NCBI GenBank assembly: GCA_963807635.1
Contig: CAWEDJ010000073.1
Coordinates: forward strand, 32,001-96,000
DNA from: an uncultured cyanobacterium
Lineage (GTDB): Bacteria > Cyanobacteriota > Cyanobacteriia > Cyanobacteriales > Microcystaceae
Length of the DNA stretch: 64,000 nt
Direction: 5' to 3'
This document shows, piece by piece, positions 44,586-54,378 of the stretch (within the stretch, counting starts at the first letter, position 1; every line of letters starts with the position of its first letter). The notes under the pieces are model-generated. The model worked only from the letters and a program-made list of their open reading frames with translations, was not told where the DNA came from and did not search any database. Made by a program: the position numbers and the translations under genes.

Positions 44586-45656
44586 ATGTATCGCCAACTC
44601 TCTTTTTTCGTCTTTCGCCCCAAGACCCCTATTCTTCCTAATCGTTTTGATCAAGAAATGACTCCTTCCTTAATTTCTTTTAATCAAGTTCCCCAGGCGA
44701 CCCATCGCTTTAAGTTTTCTATGCTTCAGTATCTAACGACAGCACTCTTAAAACTAGCGCGTAATTTGGAAAGTAGGTTAAAGAGCGCGACTCCCCTTAT
44801 TTTTGAGCCTAATCTCCAGGAAGAAGCCCTTTCAGACGCGATCGCGGATTCAAAAAATCATAATTTTGCGGTGGAGTTGGGTCAAGCCCTAGAGAGAGAT
44901 GAACTTTTCCTCGATTATCAACCCCAAATTGAGCTAGAAACGGGACAATTGTTGGGGGTTGAATCTTTGGTTCGTTGGCATCATCCCCGTCTGGGGCGCA
45001 TTTCTCCTGCCGATTTTATTCCCATTGCAGAAGAAACAGGACTGATTATTCCTATGGGTTATTGGATTTTGCGTCGGGCTTGTCAGCAATATAAACAGTG
45101 GCAGTCCTTGGGAATTGCCCCGTTTAAGTTATCGGTTAATCTTTCTCTCTGTCAACTTAAAGACCCCAACCTTGTCCCCGTTATTCATTCAATTCTCACC
45201 GAAACCGAGATAAATCCCTATTATTTAGAATTCGAAATTACCGAAAGCTTCATGGCATCAAATATTTCTGCCGCGATCGCGACTTTGACCGAACTGCGGA
45301 AATTAGGAATCCAAATTGCGATCGATGACTTTGGGACAGATTATTCTTCCCTTTCGTCCTTGAAAAATCTACCCATTCAAACCCTCAAAATTGACAAATC
45401 CTTCCTGGATGATTTGTTAGTAACAAACAAAAATCAGGTCATTCTACAAAGTATTATTGAATTGGGGCATCGTCTGAAACTGCAAATAATTGCTGAAGGT
45501 ATCGAAAATGAAGGAAAACTTAAAATTCTCAAGGCAATGAATTGCGATTGTGGTCAAGGTTATTTTTTGAGCCGCCCCCTCCACCTCGAAGCCCTGATTC
45601 ACTATTTTCGACAAGTCAAATTAGGCATTCATCTACCGCAACTTCTTTTTTCTTAG
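44586..45656 (+). CDS. EAL-domain c-di-GMP phosphodiesterase
   Basis: YQPQ, ESLVRW, SVNLS, EITES, IDDFGTDYSS, KID, AEGIE, QGYF. Confidence 0.9.
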   Translation: MYRQLSFFVFRPKTPILPNRFDQEMTPSLISFNQVPQATHRFKFSMLQYLTTALLKLARNLESRLKSATPLIFEPNLQEEALSDAIADSKNHNFAVELGQALERDELFLDYQPQIELETGQLLGVESLVRWHHPRLGRISPADFIPIAEETGLIIPMGYWILRRACQQYKQWQSLGIAPFKLSVNLSLCQLKDPNLVPVIHSILTETEINPYYLEFEITESFMASNISAAIATLTELRKLGIQIAIDDFGTDYSSLSSLKNLPIQTLKIDKSFLDDLLVTNKNQVILQSIIELGHRLKLQIIAEGIENEGKLKILKAMNCDCGQGYFLSRPLHLEALIHYFRQVKLGIHLPQLLFS

Positions 45657-45754
45657 AATAATCAATGGTTGATTTTTTTTGAAAAGGTTAATTACTACTG
45701 ATTAGGGTAATATCTATCGTTATAAAATAAGCAAAAAAAAGTTATAATCAGATC

Positions 45755-46879
45755 ATGAACACCACTGCGCTCACTCCTCGTTTTTCTGGACAAGCTATTC
45801 CCTCGACCCTCCTCAATGATCTAGTTAATCGCCAAGCAACAGGGAAATTAACCGTTCAGAATCCCTTTGATGAACTAGTGACCTGGCAGGTTTATTTGGG
45901 AAATGGCAAAATTCACTTTGCAAATAGTGCCACTGGCCCCGAAGAAAGACTTAACTATTTGATAGGCAGTCATCTTAATCAGAGAAAAATCACACTCCCC
46001 CCAAAGATTAATAATGATTATGATTACCTCTGTGAACTCTGGAAAAAAGAAATCTTTTCCTTCCAACAAACTCGCTCGATCCTGACCCAATTTACCCAGG
46101 AAGCTTTAGTTCAAATTCTTTCCTTACCTAAAACAAATTGTAATTTTAATAAAAACGATAATCTACATCATTTATTTTTGAATTTAGACTTCCAGAAATC
46201 GATCACTCCCCTCAAACATAAAATTCGTTGCTGGTGGGAACTAAAGTCAGAAATTAATTCTCCCTTTCAACGTCCCCTGGTCGAAAATTGGGATAAATTC
46301 AACCGAACTTTAGTTAAAGCCGAACTACGTGGACACAATTTACTGAAGGGATTCCGTCAATGTATGGAAAATCTTGATTGTCTCTACGGTATTGCCAGTT
46401 ATACCCAATTGAGTACCCTACAGTTGGCTCTGCTGATGCGCCCTTTGATTAAATCAGGGGAAATAAAAATGTTGTCCTATCAGGAGATTGAAACCGATAA
46501 TCGTCCCCTGGTGGTCTGTGTTAATGATCGCCCAGCGATGCAGAGAATCCTCCAATATACTTTGGATGCGGGGGGGTTTCGATCATTACAATTAGAAGAT
46601 CCATTCAAAGCATTGTCAATTTTATTAGCACAAAAACCCAAGGCGATTCTTTTGGATGCAGACATGGAGAATATTAGCGGTTATCAACTTTGTTCACTGT
46701 GTCGTAAGTCGGGAGCATTGAATGAGGTTCCTATCTTTATTTTGGGAGAAAAAAATGGCATTACCGAGCAGATTAGGGCGAAATTATCGGGAGCATCGGG
46801 CTATGTTAGTAAGCCTTTTTTACCGAATGAATTACTGAAGTTAATTGATCCTTCTCTAAAACTTGCGATGACGGCCTAA
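45755..46879 (+). CDS. PatA-type response regulator (PATAN + receiver)
   Basis: N-terminal TGKLTV..WQVYLGNGKIHFA; C-terminal receiver ILLD..GYQLC..KPF. Confidence 0.8.
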   Translation: MNTTALTPRFSGQAIPSTLLNDLVNRQATGKLTVQNPFDELVTWQVYLGNGKIHFANSATGPEERLNYLIGSHLNQRKITLPPKINNDYDYLCELWKKEIFSFQQTRSILTQFTQEALVQILSLPKTNCNFNKNDNLHHLFLNLDFQKSITPLKHKIRCWWELKSEINSPFQRPLVENWDKFNRTLVKAELRGHNLLKGFRQCMENLDCLYGIASYTQLSTLQLALLMRPLIKSGEIKMLSYQEIETDNRPLVVCVNDRPAMQRILQYTLDAGGFRSLQLEDPFKALSILLAQKPKAILLDADMENISGYQLCSLCRKSGALNEVPIFILGEKNGITEQIRAKLSGASGYVSKPFLPNELLKLIDPSLKLAMTA

Positions 46880-48002
46880 TCTTTGTCTTCATTTAATATT
46901 TTTTGACTCAATCTTTCTCCTTGTTGACTCCGAACCAGGATTTGGCGATCGCGGTCAAATAAAACAGATCCCACCTGAATAGATTTTGCTGTGTGTTCAT
47001 AAATATATCGTTGAGAACGAAAATCAATCGTGTCGGCGATCGATTGGTAGATTTGCTTGACCCAATTTTGCTTGAGTTCCTGATCCCATAGACGTAATTT
47101 TGTTAACGCCATTTCTGTGGTTTCACAAACCAAAAGTTGCTGAAGATAGGGAGTTGATAATCCAATTTTTACTGCTTGGGCAGTGAGGATTTCTAGACGA
47201 GCATCCGCTAAATGATGGTGAGTATGAAAAATTCCCCCTGCTAATTTAATTAATTTACCGTGATAACCAAAGAGCAAAATCTGATTAATTTCCGTTAACG
47301 CCGCCGCGACTAATAAAAGGCCCTAACCAATTCGCCGTTTTCATCAATTGAGCAGGATTAATCCCCCATTGACGGGATAAATCTAAACCATTTTCACCGA
47401 CACAAAAAACTAAACAATCAAATTCTTTTGCTTTTTGCGATCAACTCATTTTGAAAAGTTTCTAATTGCTGGGGCGCACTCAAAGGTTGAGAAATCCCCG
47501 TTGTTCCTAATAATGACAAGCCTTCAACCACTCCAAAAGCCACATTAGAAGTTCTTTCGGCTAAAGCTTTTCCTTCTGGCAAAATAAGGGTGACTAAAAT
47601 CGTTTCTGATGGTCTTAAAAAAGGTTCCAGATTCCCTTGAAATAACTGTTGTGCATAATAATAAATTGCCGCTTGACCGTCTTGATGGAGCTTTTTTCCA
47701 ATGCCTTCACCGCCTTCAATGATGACTTGAGAAAGGCCCTCTTTGAGTTCTACTAAGGCCCAAATCGGGGTATCACGAGTTAAATCTAAGTTATCGCCTG
47801 GATCACTGCGAGTAATCGCCAAAGCTTTTTGTTTCTCTAATTTCGCAACCTGTTTGATCGCGATTTCCACGATTTCAGCAGGTTCTAATAGGTTGACTTT
47901 CACAGACGAAATCAAAGAATTTTCCCTTAAATGACGTAGAGCCGCGATCGCAGAAGCACAGGCAAAAACGGGGAGAGTATAACCAGAACGAGCTTGAGGC
48001 AT
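46876..48002 (-). CDS. cbiD: Cobalt-precorrin-5B C1-methyltransferase (apparent frameshifts ~47425 and ~47316)
   Basis: SGYTLPVFA, RSDPGDNLDLT, RTSN.AFGVVEGLSLLGT, GYHGKLIKLAGGIFHTH. Confidence 0.92.
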
Positions 48003-48014
48003 GGGAGACGGGGA

Positions 48015-48542
48015 TTATGGGGACTTTAATTGGGCAATTTCAGCTTTTTGTCGTTCGATTATTGCTTTTAGAGTTTGATTTTCTTGTTGTAATCCTTGAT
48101 TTTTGCGGATTAATTCCTGTCTGAGTTGTTCCTGTTTTTTCTCTTGCCGACGACGATCGCCAATATCCTGGAAAGTTGCGATCGCAAAAATAATTTTTCC
48201 CTGATCATCATAAATAGGAACCGCCGAAAATTCTAAAGGAATAATCTGTCCGCCCTGATGAATTTCCATATCCTCAATGGTTGTTGATTCCCCCTGTAAC
48301 GCCCTAATTAAGGGATTGTCGGTGATGGGATAAAACTGATTGGTCTCCACTTGATAGGATTGATAAATCACATTCAGTTGATCAATGGTCGCCCAAGATA
48401 AAACCCCTTTGCCTAAAATATCTAACGCCTTCCGATTGGCATAATAGGGATGCCCTTCAGCATCAATAATAAAAATACCGATGGGGCAAATTTCTAAAAA
48501 TTGTTTAAACTGCATCGGTAGAGGCAATAACTGAGCGGCCAT
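48015..48542 (-). CDS. PAS domain + coiled-coil protein with no output domain
   Basis: PIGIFIID..YYAN..PIYD..ATFQDI PAS/PAC followed by a heptad-like tail. Confidence 0.75.
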   Translation of the reverse strand: MAAQLLPLPMQFKQFLEICPIGIFIIDAEGHPYYANRKALDILGKGVLSWATIDQLNVIYQSYQVETNQFYPITDNPLIRALQGESTTIEDMEIHQGGQIIPLEFSAVPIYDDQGKIIFAIATFQDIGDRRRQEKKQEQLRQELIRKNQGLQQENQTLKAIIERQKAEIAQLKSP

Positions 48543-48615
48543 TCTGATGGTTGATTTCTGTAAAATTTCAATCGTTTAATTTTCCGCGATCGCCGTGCAA
48601 GTTCGATCCATCACA

Positions 48616-49284
48616 TCAGCGCAAAAAGCTACTAGCGATCCAAAAGAACAGAAAAACAACAAAACAAGCAACTTGTTCCGATGCCAGTCCAAACATCAGC
48701 CCTGAAGCCCCCAAAAGACCTGCTAAACCCGTTCCCAAGGCAACTCCTAACAACAGGGCAACTAAGGTGATCAAAAAAGCACGGCCAATTTTTCTCTCTT
48801 TGCGATTAATAAAGTAAATCGTAATAAAAACGCCGATGACTAATAACAACGAACTAAAAGATCCCGTTGTATCTTTATTAAAGGCACTAATGGCTCCTAA
48901 GACCCCAAAAATCCCTGCGGGTAACAAAATATCATTGCGAGAGGGAGTATCAACCAATTGCTGAATCCAGGCGGGAGAATTCGACATATTGATCGACGGT
49001 AAAGACGGCGGCTTCTCAACCATCCGTTCAGGAAAGCGAATAACATCGGGAACCTTAATTTTGCCCTCTTGCCGTAACTTCAAACGATCCATCAAAATAG
49101 CATCGTAGGCAGATTCGACAATTTCCAAGGCACGGTTATCTCCCTGATATTTTTGGCTTAGCCGACTTTTAACCGCCTGAATCTCATCAAAGGAAGAATC
49201 TTCCGTCACTCCAAGGGTTTGATAGGGAGTCTGTTCACTCATTTTTTGTATCTCCTCTGACATTGCTACTCTCTGCCACAGCAC
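48616..49284 (-). CDS. CPP1-like (J-like, DUF3353) protein
   Basis: PYQTLGV..SFDEIQ, AYDAILMDRL..RQEGKIKVP, C-terminal TM segments. Confidence 0.85.
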   Translation of the reverse strand: MLWQRVAMSEEIQKMSEQTPYQTLGVTEDSSFDEIQAVKSRLSQKYQGDNRALEIVESAYDAILMDRLKLRQEGKIKVPDVIRFPERMVEKPPSLPSINMSNSPAWIQQLVDTPSRNDILLPAGIFGVLGAISAFNKDTTGSFSSLLLVIGVFITIYFINRKERKIGRAFLITLVALLLGVALGTGLAGLLGASGLMFGLASEQVACFVVFLFFWIASSFLR

Positions 49285-49365
49285 TATGCTTAAAATATTA
49301 TGCTTTATCTTCGTAGTTTAGCAGATTGATCACCCAAATGTCAGACCATTTTTCCAGAAAATTTG

Positions 49366-49400
49366 AAAAAAATAAAGGGGGTAAATCCTCCCCCCCTTTC
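49366..49400 (-). terminator. Probable intrinsic terminator of glgC
   Basis: Minus strand AAAGGGGG..loop..CCCCCTTT followed by a T run. Confidence 0.55.
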
Positions 49401-49423
49401 AGTGAATTTCGGTAACCAGTAAA

Positions 49424-50714
49424 TTAAATCACCATCCCATCGGGAATTATTCTGTTTTTAATGACCACCACAATGCCGCTACGGATATAGAAACCCTCGT
49501 CTTCTCGGTTCGCTTCCTGGACATTCTCTTTGTTAATAATCATCACATTTTTGCCAATACGAGCATTTTTGTCAACAATGGCTCGACGGATAGTTGTACC
49601 CGCCCCAATACCGACAGGAACGCCACTTTGCTTGAGATTAGATTCCCTTTCTACCGCAGATTCATAGAAATCAGACCCCATTAGTAAGGAATCCTCAATG
49701 GTACAACCTGATTCAATCCGACTACGAATTCCTAAAACCGAGTGATGAATACGGCACGCTTTGAGGATACAGCCTTCTCCAATCATCGATTCGGTGATAT
49801 TACAATCCAAAATCTTTGAAGGGGGAAGATAGCGTCCACGAGTGTAAATGGGAGCTTTTTCATCATAAAAGCTAAAGGGTGGCTGGGGTTGCTTGGTTAG
49901 GGCTAAATTTGCGTCATAGAAGGCTTCAATCGTTCCGATGTCTTCCCAATAGTCGGCAAAAAGATAGGCTTGCAGGTTGTAATCCTTCGCAGAAGCGGGA
50001 ATAATTTCTTTCCCAAAGTCAGTATGTTCCAGATTGGCTTGGAGTAAATTGGCTAAAATTTCTTTTTTAAAAACATAAATCCCCATTGAAGCAATGTAGG
50101 GATTTTCCTTGGCAACATCTGGGGTTAGGCCCAGAACGGTTGTATCTACCTGCATCTGTTTCAACGCTTCACCAGAGGGTTTTTCTGCAAAATCAATTAC
50201 TCTTCCTTGGCTATCAATTTTCATTAACCCCAATTCGGGGGCTTTTTTTTCATTGACAGGAACAACGGATAGGGTAATGTCTGCGTTGGTTTCCCGATGT
50301 CGTCGGACAAATTGGCTATAATCCATCCGATAAAGATGATCTCCTGACAAAATCAGGTATTCATCCACATCCCATTCCATAAATAGCGATAGGTATTGAC
50401 GGACTGCATCGGCTGTTCCTTGGAACCATTGGGGATTTTCGGCCGTTTGCTGGGCCGCTAAAACTTCGACAAATCCTTCCTGAAAGGCAGAAAAATTGTA
50501 GGTCTGGGGCAAAGTGACGATTAAGGGAAGCCGAGTTAAATTGGGTCAGGGCATAAATTTTAACGATTTCTGAATTAATACAATTGCTGACGGGAATATC
50601 AATTAGACGATATTTGCCCGCTAGGGGAACAGCGGGTTTGGCTCTGAGCTTGGTTAGGGGATAAAGACGGGTTCCCGCTCCGCCGCCGAGAATAATAGCT
50701 AAAACTCTTTTCAA
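49424..50714 (-). CDS. glgC: Glucose-1-phosphate adenylyltransferase (apparent frameshift ~50507)
   Basis: [41 protein letters not shown]. Confidence 0.96.
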
Positions 50715-50887
50715 AATAAGACCTCACGACTGCCTATAACACCTCTCAAGTAAAGTTTAGGACTGTGGGGGACATCTGGAAAGCAAGAGGTCGTAGAAAA
50801 CTTCAAAAAGTTTATGAAATGGCCACAGGCTTTGCTAATCGGGAAACAAATAGTTACAAAAATAGGTCTACGCTCTAGATCTTGAAA

Positions 50888-52331
50888 ATGTCTTCAAAAA
50901 TTTTCTATTTTATTGATTTTTCTTGTTATGCGTCGTTTTGGCCTCTTGCAGTGTTTTTGAGTCTATTGATTTTTCCCCAGGGCATTTCGGCGGCTCCCCT
51001 TCCGAGTTCCCAGGATTGTTCTTGGCTTGCCCAAGGCACGAATAGGCAATCCTTTGGTACCAATGGGCAATCGGGTAAAATGGGAGAAAATGGAGCGAAT
51101 GGAGCCAATAGTGATAATTTAACGATTTTTGCTGATGGAACGCCTTTGACTTTAAATTTAGCGGGAAAAAATGGTGAAGATGGTAAACCTGGCGAAATGC
51201 GATCGCGGCTAATTGTGGGAATCAACCCAGTAATGTCAGGATACGGATCTGGTAGCTCCCGATGGGGGAAATGGGGGAAATGGCGGTAACGGTGGTGATG
51301 GGGGAAATGGCGGATCTATCAGTATTTATTCCACGAATCCTGCGCAATTACGGCAAATAGTGGTCAATTCGGCGGGCGGAAAAGGGGGACAGATGGGGCC
51401 AGGCGGTAATGCGGGTGAAGGCTGTAATTGTACGAAACCTTACTGGACGGTGGAAACCTGTTCGGGCGATCGCGGAGCCTCGGATTATCGCTGTACGACC
51501 AAGGAATTTCGCTGTTATAACGGTCGTAATGGGGTGAGGGGAAATGCAGGTCTAACGGGGCGAGACGGCTTTCCAGGGCGATTAACCCTACTGAATCTCA
51601 ATAAACCGCTAGAGCCAGACAAACCGACCGCATCGGTGACGATGGCAATGATGAAAGATCAGGGTGTGGTTTTATCCCGTAATCGTTGGGAAACTCGCCA
51701 GGGTGCTAGGGACTTGTTAGCTCCTGGGTCGGTGATTGAGGATCAGTATGAAGCTCTGACGGAAAGACTCGAACGTTCTTTTCTCCTGATTTGGAATGCA
51801 CCCCAACCTTTTAATCGTTTTGCGGATAAGAATTTCACCTTGAGTCTGGATGATCAACAGGAAATTAAGGTCGGTTTGCCCTCGGATGTTTGGATTGAGG
51901 GAACGACTCAGAAACGCAATGAGGTAACGGAATTTCTGGTTTACAATGCGATTTTATTGGGTGATGTGACTCGTTTAGAAGAGAGTTCTCTAACGGGAAA
52001 TGGTAGAAATCTAAAGTTAGTCCTAGTGGATAAGGCAAATCAATCTAATCTCATTCAACCAAATTTAGTCAAATACAATATTACTCGTTTTGATCCCCGT
52101 TTTCGTCCTGTTTCCGATTATTTAACGAAGTATTTGGGGGTTATTCCCGATGAATTGGTCAAGTTAAATGGCGATCGCTTTACCTTAGATTTAGGTCAAT
52201 TACCAATTGAGGAAGAGTATTTAAAGCAGGGGTTAGGAATCGAAGTAGAGATTGTCGCAACGCGCACTTTTTCGGGTTATTCAGCCACTCAAAAAATTGT
52301 AGTTCGAGATATTATTGGTTCTTTTCGTTAA
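50888..52331 (+). CDS. Secreted collagen-like (G-X-Y repeat) protein (apparent frameshifts ~51200-51250)
   Basis: Signal peptide, G-X-X runs, Cys-rich segment; pieces in different frames. Confidence 0.7.
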
Positions 52332-52362
52332 TTCTACCCTTGAATTGGGGATTGATTTTCGG

Positions 52363-52475
52363 GGCGTTGCTGAATCAAAGTATGAATGTCAATTTTGCAC
52401 ATATCCAAAAGTCAGTTTGAGTCTAGGTTTTAAAAATCCCATAAAAGAAGATTCATATCTCAAATCAGCAACGTC
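52363..52475. mobile_element. ~113-bp MITE-like element (family D)
   Basis: Imperfect terminal inverted repeats GGCGTTGCTGAATCAAAGTATGAAT / ATTCATATCTCAAATCAGCAACGTC. Confidence 0.7.
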
Positions 52476-52679
52476 ATTTTCGGCAGTTCGGGCTTATTTT
52501 TCCTCCAGGGTTTTTATCTCTTCGATTTACCCCAGTGGCCTTTCCGAGTCATGGGTAATTCATTTCCTGAACTTTGGTTATTGGGGGCGGGTACAATTTC
52601 CCAGGTCTTTTTCAGGAGTCAATACCCTATTCTGTATTTTTCTAGCTTGGTTAGCCACTAAAGGAGAGCAACGGTTGGT

Positions 52680-52904
52680 ATGGCGATTACTGCGATTGGC
52701 AAAATAGAAAAAAAAGGTTTTGGTTTTGGGCTTTGGGCTTTAATTTCCCAGGATGGTAAAACCTACGAATTGCAAAATCCTCCGCCAGAATCGTGTCAAG
52801 CTCACGCCAAGGTCAAGATTGAAGGCACGATCCAAGAAGGGGTGATGACTCTCGCGATGATTGGCTCCGTTTTGGCAATAGAAAGCTATGAAATATTATC
52901 TTGA
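52680..52904 (+). CDS. Small conserved hypothetical protein
   Basis: 74 aa, G.IE..GFG.G.WAL...G.TYEL ... MTLAMIG pattern. Confidence 0.7.
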   Translation: MAITAIGKIEKKGFGFGLWALISQDGKTYELQNPPPESCQAHAKVKIEGTIQEGVMTLAMIGSVLAIESYEILS

Positions 52905-52919
52905 ATATTATGTTTTTCT

Positions 52920-53070
52920 GTAGGGACATAATACCATTATGTCCTGATCTTCATGGATAATAATAAATTCTGAATAGTTAAATCATCTTTTTATTCACAA
53001 TACTATTATGCCCTGATATTACGTCTTGTTTTCGTTGGAACTTAAGGACATAACACTGTTATGTCCCTAC
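52920..53070. repeat. REPIN downstream of the RAYT gene (family A)
   Basis: GTAGGGACATAATACCATTATGTCCT ... AGGACATAACACTGTTATGTCCCTAC. Confidence 0.9.
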
Positions 53071-53087
53071 GGAAAATGCGCTCGCGT

Positions 53088-53655
53088 TCAAAAAAGTAAG
53101 TCTAATAAAATATCGGGTTGATATTGATCAATTGTAGGATTTTCTTCATCGATATCCCAATTTAACGGATTATTAATAATATAACTTCTAATATTGACCA
53201 ACGCCTTTTCATCTCGAATAATTTGCTCATAATATCGACCTTGCCAAACTACAGATAAGCCTTTTGTATTACAGATTTTATTGATTTTTTTTGTGACAAT
53301 CGCTTTATAGGAACGAACGATACTAGAAATTGAACCTATAACAATATCACCAAATTTCCTATTTTTATTATCGCGTTGCGGAAGATTCAATAATCCACAA
53401 TATTCCGTGTAGATGATTGGGCATAATTGTATAAGTATCTAGGGCTACATTCGGAAAATGTTCAGGAATTTCTTGCCAATATTTATCTGCGATAGAACCC
53501 AGGGAATCGAATCGCATTTTTCCGTTTTTGATGTCCCCAAATATACATTGTTTTTGTTTGGTGCAAATTGTAATAAAATATGCTCCTGCTTGGCTGTAAT
53601 TGTAATTTTTTAAACGAATAGTTTGACGATGGTGTATCTCTGGATTGTAGGGCAT
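53088..53655 (-). mobile_element. REP-associated tyrosine transposase (RAYT / TnpA-REP, Y1 HUH); apparent frameshift ~53375
   Basis: IRL..YNYSQAGAYFITIC, MPNHLHGI (HUH), WQGRYYEQIIR, YIINNP; flanked on both sides by REPINs. Confidence 0.9.
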
Positions 53656-53693
53656 GGTTAAATCATGGTTTTTCTATAATCTTCACATTTCTC

Positions 53694-53871
53694 GTAGGGA
53701 CATAACACTGTTATGTCCTAATCTTATTGGGTGATAAAAGATTCAGAACTGTTAAATCATGTTTTTACCCACCCCTATTATTATGTCCTGATTTATATGA
53801 TCGGTTTGGGTTTTTATTGGGTTTTCTGTCGGCGATTGGGGGTTAAGGACATAATAGTGTTATGTCCCTAC
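53694..53871. repeat. REPIN upstream of the RAYT gene (family A)
   Basis: GTAGGGACATAACACTGTTATGTCCT ... AGGACATAATAGTGTTATGTCCCTAC; spacer homologous to that of 52920-53070. Confidence 0.9.
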
Positions 53872-53933
53872 AGGAGGGAAAAAGTTAAAAACGATAGAAA
53901 ATCCAGAAAACTTATAGTCTTGATGATATTAAG

Positions 53934-54377
53934 TTACACAATATATCTTTTGATTTTATAGTAGCAATCTAATAGCTCTGCTTGTGTATGGGAATCATAT
54001 GTTTCAAGATTAGCAATAGTTTCTGATTCAACATGAAAATTTTTATGCCAGTTAGAATTAGTAGTTACAATGACTTTTTGTTGAACATTATTAAATTGAT
54101 CTGCGGTAATATCAACAATAACTTGGTTCTGTTTAAGCCATGCGTGAGTATAATAATTTTGATTATCTTTATAGATTTTGCCCAAAATATAGTTAAAAAC
54201 TCCCAGATTTGACTCTTTGAGATATTTTGCTAAAATCAAACAAGTATCACCGCATGATCCTTTAGGAAAAGAACGAAAAGTATCTGGCAATATTTTTTTA
54301 TCGCACTGCTCAATCGCTAGACGAAATTTGCCAGCACATAACCTTATTTCATTAATCTTTGAATTATTAATAACCAT
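53934..54377 (-). CDS. Hypothetical protein with putative Cys-His-Asp (transglutaminase/papain-like) triad
   Basis: FPKGSCGD, HAWL and IVDITADQF motifs; AT-rich. Confidence 0.6.
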   Translation of the reverse strand: MVINNSKINEIRLCAGKFRLAIEQCDKKILPDTFRSFPKGSCGDTCLILAKYLKESNLGVFNYILGKIYKDNQNYYTHAWLKQNQVIVDITADQFNNVQQKVIVTTNSNWHKNFHVESETIANLETYDSHTQAELLDCYYKIKRYIV

Positions 54378-54378
54378 A

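Noticed and set aside
52315..52707. 130-aa ORF on the plus strand
   Set aside because: It spans the family D MITE, overlaps both neighbours and has no recognisable motif.
53731..53961. 76-aa ORF on the plus strand
   Set aside because: It reads through the REPIN and overlaps a convergent gene end; likely spurious.
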